This document shows, piece after piece, positions 17,061 through 24,931 of a stretch of DNA of 30,014 nt. Source of the stretch: an uncultured Bacteroidia bacterium (GTDB lineage: Bacteria; Bacteroidota; Bacteroidia; J057). Position 1 is the stretch's first letter; each line of letters starts with the position of its first letter. The notes below the pieces were generated by a model that saw only the letters and a list, made by a program, of their open reading frames with translations, did not search any database and was not told the DNA's origin. The translations under genes and the position numbers were made by a program. Location: the NCBI GenBank assembly GCA_964449365.1, contig CAYVAP010000003.1, forward strand, positions 1 to 30,014, written 5' to 3'.

Positions 17061-18395
17061 ATGCCAATGCGTCTGTTTTTAGGGTTGATGATGGGGCTGC
17101 TGATCAGCCTGATTGTGTGGGCCTGCACCGCTACCTCTGGGTCGGGCTATCAGAATGGTTCTCGTTACCAGGAGCGTCCCGCTATGCTGTACCAGGACTA
17201 CATTTATCGTCGCAATGTGCGAGCGGTGCAGTTTTATCGCGGGCCCTACGATGAGTCGTACCCCGTACTGTATCTCAGTCAAAGTAGCGATCGGCTGATC
17301 TTGGAGTTCGATGAGCTATTGCCTGAGACCGAGCGAGAAACGGATTTTTTCGTAGATATTATCAGTTGTACGGCAGATTGGGAGCCGAGCGGGGTGCTGC
17401 CTATCGAGTTTTACCAAGGCTTTACCAGCCACCGCATCGACGAGTTTCAGCGCTCCAATTTCACCAAAATCCCCTACGTCCATTACACCTATGCCTTCCC
17501 GCGAGAGGATGAGGGATTTAAGCGCAGTGGCAACTACCTGCTCAAGGTCTATCGCAACAATAATCCCGAAGATGTGGTCATCACCCGGCGGTTTGTGGTG
17601 GTAGATCGGCGCATTCGGGTGCAGTCCAAGTACGAGCTTTCGGCTCGCGTCGAGCGGCAGGAGTTTCGTAGCTTTTCTTTCGTCGTATTTTATCAGGGAA
17701 TGAACCTCTTCGATCCCAGTACGGATCTGCGGGTGCAGGTGCTACAAAACTTCCGTTGGGACAATGCCCTGCGGCTGAGTCGCCCTCGCTTCATGAACGA
17801 TGCATCGATGGAGTATTTCGTCGACGTAAATGAAGCCTATCAGAGCGGACAGGAGTTTCGGTTTCATGGCATCGAGAGTGTCCGCCTGCTCAGCCGCTCG
17901 GTGCAGGACGTGGAGGAGCGCGAAGACCTTACCGACATCTACCTCTTCCCCGACAAGGTCATTCAGCGAAACGAGGTCAGCAGCCCGCGCGACCGCAATG
18001 GGAGCTTTACCATTCGCGTCGACGAATTTCAGCAAAACGACCTTCAAGCCGACTATATCCAAAACTTCTTCTTCCTAAAGCGCAGTCGCCCCTTTGGCGA
18101 TGGCGCGCGGGTCTATCTTTTCGGCGAATTTACAGACTGGCACTGCCTCCCCGACTACGAGATGACCTGGGACAGTACCTATCAGCGCTACATGGGGCGG
18201 GCCCTGCTCAAGCAAGGGGTCTATGACTATCAATACGTGATCAAGCGCCCAGATCAGGAGTTGCCGGATCCGACCCCCATCGAAGGCACTCGCCGCCTGA
18301 CGGAGAATTTCTACACTATCATGGTCTACTTTCGTCCCCCAGGCGAGCGATCAGATCTTTTGATTGGCTATCAGCCGATCAATTATCTTGAGTAG
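17061..18395 (+). CDS. DUF5103 domain protein / type IX secretion system plug-like protein
   Basis: Lipobox-like 'IVWA|C'. Motifs 'L.LEFD.L', 'C.ADW.PS', 'T...Y.HY...FP', 'SGNYLLKVY', 'RFVV', 'V.QN.RWDN', 'GEFTDW' and 'LLKQGVYDYQY', 'TEN.Y...VY.RP.G.R.D.LIG' are as recalled for DUF5103 proteins. Start ATG 17061 or 17067. Confidence 0.75.
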   Translation: MPMRLFLGLMMGLLISLIVWACTATSGSGYQNGSRYQERPAMLYQDYIYRRNVRAVQFYRGPYDESYPVLYLSQSSDRLILEFDELLPETERETDFFVDIISCTADWEPSGVLPIEFYQGFTSHRIDEFQRSNFTKIPYVHYTYAFPREDEGFKRSGNYLLKVYRNNNPEDVVITRRFVVVDRRIRVQSKYELSARVERQEFRSFSFVVFYQGMNLFDPSTDLRVQVLQNFRWDNALRLSRPRFMNDASMEYFVDVNEAYQSGQEFRFHGIESVRLLSRSVQDVEEREDLTDIYLFPDKVIQRNEVSSPRDRNGSFTIRVDEFQQNDLQADYIQNFFFLKRSRPFGDGARVYLFGEFTDWHCLPDYEMTWDSTYQRYMGRALLKQGVYDYQYVIKRPDQELPDPTPIEGTRRLTENFYTIMVYFRPPGERSDLLIGYQPINYLE

Positions 18396-18430
18396 CGAGA
18401 CGCCCAGTAAAGAAGGTGCCAATTTCCCAC

Positions 18431-18844
18431 TTATAGTTCCCTATCCATAAACTCCTGTAACATGATTACTGCCGAAGTCTGGTCGATCAGCGACTTGTCG
18501 CGGCGCTTCTTTTTGGACATGCCGCTCTCTAGCATGGCACGAAAGGCGATTTTGGAGGTGAAGCGCTCATCCCACAGGTGAAGCTTCACTTGGGGATAAT
18601 CGCGGCGAAGCTGCTCGGCAAGCGTCCGCACGGCTTGGGTGGCGTGGGTATCGCTACCATCGCTGCGGGTAGGATAGCCCAACACGATGGCCTCGATCTC
18701 AGCTTGGGCAAAAAGGGCCTTCAGCTTATCGGGTAGGGTATCGGTCGGCTCGGTGCCAATGCCCGTAGCGATGATTTGCTGAGGATCGGTCCAGGCCATA
18801 CCAGTGCGTTTGAGGCCGTAATCTAGCGCGAGGATGCGGGACAT
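18431..18844 (-). CDS. ruvX: Holliday junction resolvase RuvX (YqgF) / pre-16S rRNA nuclease
   Basis: 'ILALDYGLKRTGMA.TD', 'IVLGYP', 'WDERFTS' and 'ID..SA..MLQ'. Start ATG 18844. Confidence 0.95.
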   Translation of the reverse strand: MSRILALDYGLKRTGMAWTDPQQIIATGIGTEPTDTLPDKLKALFAQAEIEAIVLGYPTRSDGSDTHATQAVRTLAEQLRRDYPQVKLHLWDERFTSKIAFRAMLESGMSKKKRRDKSLIDQTSAVIMLQEFMDREL

Positions 18845-18862
18845 AAAGGATGATTTGTACCC

Positions 18863-18870
18863 CAAAGGTA
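18863..18870 (-). promoter_or_regulatory. Putative -7 element (TACCTTTG) for ruvX
   Basis: CAAAGGTA on + reads TACCTTTG on -, an exact TAnnTTTG match ~19 nt upstream of the ruvX ATG. Confidence 0.55.
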
Positions 18871-19059
18871 CGAACGAGGGGGTTGCTTAAACAGAATGAA
18901 CAAAATATAACAGAATGAACGATTGATAACCAGGGACTCTTAATGCTGCATAAGGGGAATGAAGGGGGTGGTTTCGGCATATACCAGTCCCTCCCACTAA
19001 ATTGCGAAAGTGCGGTATAGGTACTACCTTTACTTTTAACCCAATCAACTTGTCAAGTT

Positions 19060-19446
19060 ATGCGAATCTTTACCTTGGGTGTGATTCTATTGGGAGGGTT
19101 GCATCTGGTTTCGGCTCAGGCACCCTTCACAGGTGGGGCAGGTGATGGCTATGACCGGGCGACGTTGGCCCTTAGCACCCATCTGCGACCGGCTGCGGTT
19201 CAAAGTTGGAGGGCCTATCCGCAACCTGCGCAGGTGGGGCAGGCCATAGAGCTGAGCGATGCTTCGGAGCAACCCGCTAGCTGGGAGCTGTTTGACCTAC
19301 AAGGAAAGTCGTGGCAAAGGGGAGAGTCTGCCTCCGGCCAAAGGGCTCGCCTGGAGACCGAGGGCCTACTCCCAGGGCAGTATTTCCTGCGGGTGAGCAC
19401 TGAGCAGGGCACCACAAGCCACTCGATCACCCTGCTGCCTCGCTGA
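19060..19446 (+). CDS. Small T9SS type A sorting domain (CTD)-containing protein
   Basis: 128 aa. Signal peptide residues 1-19 (VSA|Q), then a CTD with YPQP (cf. YPNP), 'LFDLQGK' and 'GLLPGQYFLRV', ending in a beta-strand 'SHSITLLPR'. Confidence 0.8.
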   Translation: MRIFTLGVILLGGLHLVSAQAPFTGGAGDGYDRATLALSTHLRPAAVQSWRAYPQPAQVGQAIELSDASEQPASWELFDLQGKSWQRGESASGQRARLETEGLLPGQYFLRVSTEQGTTSHSITLLPR

Positions 19447-19475
19447 CCATCATTTCTTACCCAACCAACACCTCC

Positions 19476-20513
19476 ATGCGAGCTTATGTCTTTCTAGGAG
19501 CGATCTGTCTGCTCACCGCCATCGGTTGTAAGCCAGACGAAACCACTCCTTTGCCCGAGCCGATAGAAACCACCGAGCGCACCGTCTTCGTCAGCAATGA
19601 AGGGCAATTTCAGGTTGGCAACGCCAGCCTGACCCTGTATGATCCCGAAAGCATGACTGCCCAGGAAAATGCTTTTGAGGCCACCAACGGCACCATACTA
19701 GGCGATATTTTCCAATCGATTACCTTTCACCAAGCGCTCGCTTACCTGGTGATCAACAACTCCAACAAGGTGGAAGTGATCGACCCGCTGAGTCTGGAAA
19801 GCCGAGGGACCATCACGGGGCTGACCTCGCCGCGCTATCTGTTGCCGCTAGGCGATGGCCGCGCTTACCTGAGCGATCTATACGCTGGGGCCATCAGCAT
19901 CATCGACCTGGAGGCGCAGTCAGTAGCTGGGCAAATCACTACCCCCGGTGCCTGGACCGAACAATTGGTGGCTAGCCAGGGAGTGGTTTTCACGACCTGT
20001 TATCAGCGGCCTTACCTCTACGTGATCAATCCCCGTTCTGACCAGATCAGCGATAGCATCGCCATTCAGGCGCGAGGGTTGTACGTACAGGAGGATGCCA
20101 ATGGCCACCTGTGGGTGAGTGCCGGAGCCAGCATCAGCCACGATGAGCCAGGTGCACTCTTCGAGATCGACCCAGTCAGCCGGGCCGTGCTGCACCGTTT
20201 TGATTTTCCAGCAGGCGAAGGCCCCGGCGAATTGGCCTTCAACGTGGGGCGTGATACGCTCCTCTACCTGGCGGGCGACCTCTACGCCCTGCCCATTCAG
20301 GCCAGCGACCTGCCAGATGAGCCGTTTATCCAAGCCGAAGCCGGGTCATTTTACGGCATTGGCGTCGATGTCAACACGGGGGAGATTTACCTGACCGATC
20401 CGATCGACTTCGTGCAGCGGGGTGAGGTGCTGCGTTTTACTGCGAATGGCAGCCCGGTGGATACCTTTCGGGCGGGCGTAGGACCTGGGGCGGTGTATGT
20501 TCAGACCGAGTAA
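19476..20513 (+). CDS. Surface lipoprotein, YncE/DUF5074 seven-bladed beta-propeller (BtuG-like)
   Basis: Lipobox TAIG|C18 followed by acidic KPDE. Motifs 'VFVSNEGQF..GNASLT.YD', 'NG..LGD..QS', 'AYLVINNSNKVEVID', 'SPRY' and 'FYG.GVD...G.IY..D..DFVQRG.V'. Confidence 0.78.
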   Translation: MRAYVFLGAICLLTAIGCKPDETTPLPEPIETTERTVFVSNEGQFQVGNASLTLYDPESMTAQENAFEATNGTILGDIFQSITFHQALAYLVINNSNKVEVIDPLSLESRGTITGLTSPRYLLPLGDGRAYLSDLYAGAISIIDLEAQSVAGQITTPGAWTEQLVASQGVVFTTCYQRPYLYVINPRSDQISDSIAIQARGLYVQEDANGHLWVSAGASISHDEPGALFEIDPVSRAVLHRFDFPAGEGPGELAFNVGRDTLLYLAGDLYALPIQASDLPDEPFIQAEAGSFYGIGVDVNTGEIYLTDPIDFVQRGEVLRFTANGSPVDTFRAGVGPGAVYVQTE

Positions 20514-20564
20514 AGGTGGATCTTGGTTTTCGCTCTCCGCCATCGGTGCGACCTTTCTATCGCG

Positions 20565-20660
20565 AGGCAGGCTCACCACGAAAGTCGTCCCAGTGTGAAG
20601 GGTACTTGTGACCTCGATCTTGCCTCCCATGGATTCCTCCTGGGTTTTGACTAAATACAA
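20565..20660 (-). pseudogene. Remnant of a sensor histidine kinase HATPase_c C-terminus
   Basis: Translates to LYLVKTQEESMGGKIEVTSTLHTGTTFVVSLP, matching the conserved HK tail (GLG)LYLVK..VE.MGG.I.V.S....GTTF...LP. The upstream G2 box and the rest of the gene are absent. Confidence 0.7.
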
Positions 20661-20815
20661 TTTCGAATGGTTAATTACTTAATTCCGAAGGCACTAGAAT
20701 CCCCCCAAAAAGTAGCTTGCCCTGCCAATCCACCCAACGTCGAGGGTTTGACGGCCAACCTACGGGTGGCTCTCCTTCTTACAGAGAGTGGATCTATTTT
20801 GTGCCCAGGGCGAGG

Positions 20816-22066
20816 CTATCCCCCCACGCTGACTCGCATAAGTTCGGCGCAAACGATGGCCCCGTAGGTACCGAGCGCATAGCCCAGCACCGCCAGCAAG
20901 GCCCCTACCGGAGCCAGCACCGGATTGAAGGCCGAGGCTACCACCGGGGCCGAAGCCGCTCCGCCGACGTTGGCTTGGGAGCCCACCGCTACGAAGAAGA
21001 AAGGGGCTTTGACCAATTTGGCTACCAGCAGCAGCAGCAACACGTGGACGCTCATCCAGATCAGTCCCACGGCAAAGATACCGAGGTTGTCGAGGATGTC
21101 GGCCAAGTTGATTTTGGCCCCGATGGTGGCCACTAGGATATAGATAAACACCGAGCCCCAGCGGGAAGCCCCCACCCCTTCGAGGGCGCGCGCTCGCGTG
21201 AAGGATAGCCCCACTCCGATGGTAGTAGCCAGCACGATGAGCCAGAAAAAGCCGCTCAGCAGCGAGCTGAGGCCCAGGCTATCTAGGGTGGCTCGGGATG
21301 GTTCCAGCAGCGGTACGATCAGGTCGCTACCCCAGTGGGCCAGGGCAGTAGCTCCAAAGGCAACCCCCAGTACCACAAATACATCGGTGGTGCTGGGAAT
21401 ACGCATGATGCTAGCCCGGTAATCTTCCACTTGCTTGACCAAGGCCTCGATCGCGGAGCTATCAGCCTTGAGCCAGCGATCAAGGCGCTCGCGGCGCTCG
21501 GCCCCCGCCAGCAAAAAGGCCATCCAGAGATTGGCCACCGAGACGTCGACCAGCACCATGGAGGCAAATACCTCGTCGCTCACTTCGTAGACCTCTTTCA
21601 TGGCCGCCTGATTGGCCCCACCACCGATCCAGCTACCGGCCACGGTGGAGAGGCCGCGCCACAGTTGGTCGACTGAGGCCGGGATCAGATCGGGAAACAG
21701 CTCGATGGTCAGCCACAAGGCAAAGGGCCCGCCCAATATAATGCCCAGGGTAGCGGTAAAAAACATGATCAGCGCCTTGGGGCCCAGGTTGATGATGCCC
21801 TTGAAATCGATGCTCAAGGTGAGCAGCACCAAACTAGCTGGCAGCAGATAGCGCGAGGCCACGAAATATAGCTGCGAAACTTCGCCAGAAATCAGCCCCA
21901 GGGTATTCCAGGTGGCCGGGATGAAGTAGCAAAGCAGCAAGGCTGGTACGACGCTATAAAATTTCTTCCAAAAAGAATTTTCGCTGTGCGAGGTCGCAAA
22001 CACAAAGGCCAAAGAGGCGATCAAGATGCCCAATACGATGGCGTCATTGGTAAAAACTGGCGTCAT
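20816..22066 (-). CDS. DUF819 family integral membrane protein
   Basis: 416-aa polytopic protein with 'LLCYFIP..', 'YLLPASLVLL.LS.D', 'GSWIGGGANQAAM' and 'VGSQANVGGAASAPVVA'. Confidence 0.85.
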   Translation of the reverse strand: MTPVFTNDAIVLGILIASLAFVFATSHSENSFWKKFYSVVPALLLCYFIPATWNTLGLISGEVSQLYFVASRYLLPASLVLLTLSIDFKGIINLGPKALIMFFTATLGIILGGPFALWLTIELFPDLIPASVDQLWRGLSTVAGSWIGGGANQAAMKEVYEVSDEVFASMVLVDVSVANLWMAFLLAGAERRERLDRWLKADSSAIEALVKQVEDYRASIMRIPSTTDVFVVLGVAFGATALAHWGSDLIVPLLEPSRATLDSLGLSSLLSGFFWLIVLATTIGVGLSFTRARALEGVGASRWGSVFIYILVATIGAKINLADILDNLGIFAVGLIWMSVHVLLLLLVAKLVKAPFFFVAVGSQANVGGAASAPVVASAFNPVLAPVGALLAVLGYALGTYGAIVCAELMRVSVGG

Positions 22067-22345
22067 ACGAGCTTGAAAGTCAAAAAGTGGGAAATGCTTC
22101 TATGCCGACCCCTCCTCTCAAGGCAGATCATCAGGTAAGAAGTGGATTTTTTCGAAGTAACGAAACACAACGCAGTAGGCAAAACGCAGAGCCGTTTTCT
22201 ACGGCTCACTTGGTGGGTTTGTGCTCCCCTCCCTGCGCTCAATCGACAGGCTCTGGCGAATCTTCGAACAGGATCAATAAGTGCCGCCTGATGGCGTTAC
22301 CTTTGCGCGGTCTACTCATCCTACGATCGAGATTAAACGCTCATT

Positions 22346-22915
22346 ATGCCCAAACTTCTCATTCTTGTCCTGCTGCTGAGCAGCCTAGCCTGCCAGCCTA
22401 GCCACCGTTCGCATCGCTCCGTTTCTGCGCCCTCCACTTGGCTCGTAGTACCAGTGGCTTTGGCGCAGGCACCTGTCTGGCAGCCCGAGCCGCAACCGAA
22501 CGAGAGCTACCGCTTTTTTTTGAAGCTGGTACGCAGTGGGATCGAGCTACCGCATGCGCTCGTGAGGCAGCATACCCTCATCGCCCAGCCCTACGGGCAA
22601 TTTGAGGGGGTCGAGATTCGGGCCCTCAACCCGGACCTACACCTGATCGTGTTGCGCCAGACCGACGAAGAATGCATCCGTCATTTTTTGCTCACTGGCA
22701 GCCGCTTCAAGACCATCGATCAAGTTCTCTTCGAAGAAAACTGCCCTCAAGAAGCCCCAACTACCCAGTTGGGGATGACCTATCGCTTTCGGGGAGAGCG
22801 CGAGGTGGAGCAGCTAGAAGTGCTCGATCCTAAGAGCGCCACCCGGGGCAAAGTAGAGCAAGCCTTTGGCTGGACCGCAGAAGGACGCATTCACCGCCTA
22901 ACCCAAGATCAGTGA
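22346..22915 (+). CDS. Hypothetical lipoprotein
   Basis: 189 aa with hydrophobic N-terminus and lipobox 'SSLA|C16'. No recognisable domain. Confidence 0.6.
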   Translation: MPKLLILVLLLSSLACQPSHRSHRSVSAPSTWLVVPVALAQAPVWQPEPQPNESYRFFLKLVRSGIELPHALVRQHTLIAQPYGQFEGVEIRALNPDLHLIVLRQTDEECIRHFLLTGSRFKTIDQVLFEENCPQEAPTTQLGMTYRFRGEREVEQLEVLDPKSATRGKVEQAFGWTAEGRIHRLTQDQ

Positions 22916-22960
22916 GCAGATGAACAAGACCCTGGTCTGGTAGTTAGCAGTAAAAATGAT

Positions 22961-23491
22961 ATGATACCACGTCCCTATCTGTTCGTCTCTCTGCTCATGG
23001 TCATCGTAACGGGGAGTATACTTTTTTGGACGCGCCCCCAGGCCCAGGCCGCCGTAAGTGTTCCCTCGCCAGCTATGTCGTCTCCCCAGCAAGGTACTCT
23101 GCCGCAACCCAAACCGGGGCTTACGCCCAGTCAGGTGGTGCGCATTCAGCTCGATGCATTGCAGCGCAATGATGAGCCCAAGCCCGAAAGTGGCACCGAA
23201 ACCGCGTGGAATTTTGCCTCGCCTGGCAACAAGCGGTCCACAGGCCCCCTGCCACGCTTTATCCGCATGGTACACAACCCTACCTATGAGCCGATGATCA
23301 ACCATCGCTCTTACCGCCTGGGGCAAGTCAAGCTCGTCAATCAGCGCACTGCCGTGATCAATGCGGCCCTCAATAGCGCTGATGGTACCCCCGTTTTCTA
23401 TCGGTTCCAACTTTCACGCCAACAGGGTGGTCCTTACGACGGCTGTTGGATGACGGATGCGGTAACTCCACTCGATGGAGACTTCATCTAA
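22961..23491 (+). CDS. DUF4864 domain protein (NTF2-like), N-terminal membrane anchor/signal
   Basis: 'P.QVV..QL.ALQ.ND', 'AWNFASP.NK...GPL.RF..MV....Y.PM.NH' and 'CWMTDAV'. Confidence 0.75.
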   Translation: MIPRPYLFVSLLMVIVTGSILFWTRPQAQAAVSVPSPAMSSPQQGTLPQPKPGLTPSQVVRIQLDALQRNDEPKPESGTETAWNFASPGNKRSTGPLPRFIRMVHNPTYEPMINHRSYRLGQVKLVNQRTAVINAALNSADGTPVFYRFQLSRQQGGPYDGCWMTDAVTPLDGDFI

Positions 23492-23579
23492 CCTCGGGCC
23501 GCAATTTCCGTATCAATAGCCGATTTGAGCGTTACTTAGCCCCATATCCGGTGCTAATGGACCATTGCTTCTTTTTCCC

Positions 23580-23611
23580 TTGGTAAGAAAGAAGTAGAAA
23601 AATATCTTTCG
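23580..23611 (+). promoter_or_regulatory. Possible Bacteroidota promoter for lemA (TTG-N20-TATCTTTCG)
   Basis: TTG at 23580-23582 and a near-consensus -7 box (TATCTTTC, one mismatch to TAnnTTTG) at 23603-23610. Confidence 0.4.
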
Positions 23612-23664
23612 AACCACAACGTCTCTTATCTATCCCTAGCTAACCCACAAGTAATTATCAAACC

Positions 23665-24267
23665 ATGCGTAGAGCATTTTGGATCATCATCATCTCCCTC
23701 CTAGTTTTAGGTGGATGTGGTTATGTGAACGTCAAGGGTACCCAAAACGACCTGGTCAAGTTGGAGGAAAGCGTCAACGGACAGTTTGGCGACCTACAAA
23801 GCTCTTACCAGCGCCGGGCGGATCTGATTCCGAACTTGGTGGAAACGGCCAAGGCTGCGGCCAACTTCGAGCAGCAAACCCTGACCCAGGTATCGCAGGC
23901 CCGTCGGCAGGTGTCCGACATCAAGGTAACCAAGGAAGTGCTGGAAGATCCACAGGCGTTTCAAAAATTTCAACAGGCTCAGGGCGAGCTTACCCAGGCG
24001 CTCTCTCGCTTCTTGTCGGTATCTGAGCGCTATCCCGACCTGAAGGCCAATGAGAATTTTCAGCGCCTAATGGCCCAACTAGAGGGGACCGAAAACCGCA
24101 TCAATAACGAGCGGATGCGCTACAACAATGCGGTGCAAGCCTACAACACTGAGGTCAAGCAGTTTCCGACCAGCATATATGCTAGTATATTAGGCTTCGA
24201 AGAGAAAGCCTATTTCGAAGCAGAGGCCGCAGCCCAATCTGCCCCCAAAGTAAACTTTGACTCCTGA
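23665..24267 (+). CDS. lemA: LemA family protein
   Basis: 'YQRRADLIPNLVET.K', 'ERYPDLKANENF..L..QLEGTENRI..ER.RYN.AV..YN' and 'GF..K.YF'. Confidence 0.95.
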   Translation: MRRAFWIIIISLLVLGGCGYVNVKGTQNDLVKLEESVNGQFGDLQSSYQRRADLIPNLVETAKAAANFEQQTLTQVSQARRQVSDIKVTKEVLEDPQAFQKFQQAQGELTQALSRFLSVSERYPDLKANENFQRLMAQLEGTENRINNERMRYNNAVQAYNTEVKQFPTSIYASILGFEEKAYFEAEAAAQSAPKVNFDS

Positions 24268-24475
24268 GGCCACTTGGAAGGAGAAGTTTGCCATTCGTAA
24301 TTACTTCCGAATATCGAATCTCAAGTTGCCAACCTAGCTACCCGCGCCAACAGACCATGCGACAGGCATCCTGCTGCTGGCTGGTTGGCGCGGTTCTTTT
24401 GCGGCACATCATGAAGATGGAAATGATCACCGTCTCCGCGGTGAATCACAAACCCAGAACTTCGAATGCTTTCTC

Positions 24476-24931
24476 ATGGGACTATTTTCCAATCCGGCCA
24501 AACGCTTTTTCAGTGAAGAGGAGGGCCGACAGATCGTAGCCGCGATTCAGGCCGCTGAAAATCACACCTCGGGCGAGATCCGGGTACACCTCGCGAATAA
24601 GGTAAAAAAGGGCAAGAACATCATGGAACAGGCCGCTAAGGTGTTTCAACGCCTAGGCATGGACGATACGGAGCTGCGCAACGGGGTGCTGATCTTTTTT
24701 GCCGTCGAGGACCATCGGTTTGCCATCCTAGCCGATCAGGGCATCAATCAGGTGGTTCCTGAAGGCTTTTGGGATGAAATCGCCCGCAACATGAGCACCA
24801 AGTTCAAGGAAAAGCAATTTTTGGTCGGCCTCACGGAGGGCATCCACGCCATCGGGCAGCAGCTCAAGCAGTACTTTCCCTATCAAAGCGACGACACCAA
24901 TGAATTACCCGACGAAATATCTTTTGGCTGA
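24476..24931 (+). CDS. TPM domain protein (short, DUF477-like)
   Basis: 'IV.AI..AE..TSGEIRVH', 'F..LGM..T..RNGVLIF.A..DH.FAILAD.GI' and 'FP.Q.DD.NELPD.IS'. Confidence 0.9.
   Translation: MGLFSNPAKRFFSEEEGRQIVAAIQAAENHTSGEIRVHLANKVKKGKNIMEQAAKVFQRLGMDDTELRNGVLIFFAVEDHRFAILADQGINQVVPEGFWDEIARNMSTKFKEKQFLVGLTEGIHAIGQQLKQYFPYQSDDTNELPDEISFG

Noticed and set aside
18866-19059. Cobalamin riboswitch upstream of the BtuG-like operon
   Set aside because: A 'ggggaa' segment is present, but no B12 box (GCCACTG...GGGAAG) or the expected conserved stems could be identified.
20346-20660. Full 104-aa minus-strand gene from the ORF track
   Set aside because: Only the first 32 codons are kinase-like; the rest is antisense read-through into the beta-propeller gene. 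Reported as a remnant instead.
22160-22210. c-di-GMP-I riboswitch ('aggcaaaacgcagagcc')
   Set aside because: Superficial GGCAAA / GCAnAGCC resemblance only; the GNRA-capped P2 hairpin is missing. Only a 7-bp stem (22189-22207) is present.
22087-22401. 104-aa ORF in the divergent DUF819/lipoprotein gap
   Set aside because: No motifs, atypical composition, overlaps the lipoprotein start, and occupies the expected divergent promoter region.
24288-24539. 83-aa ORF between lemA and the first TPM gene
   Set aside because: No recognisable features and it overlaps the TPM start in another frame. The TPM frame is open upstream but has no ATG before an in-frame TAG, so no frameshifted gene is supported.
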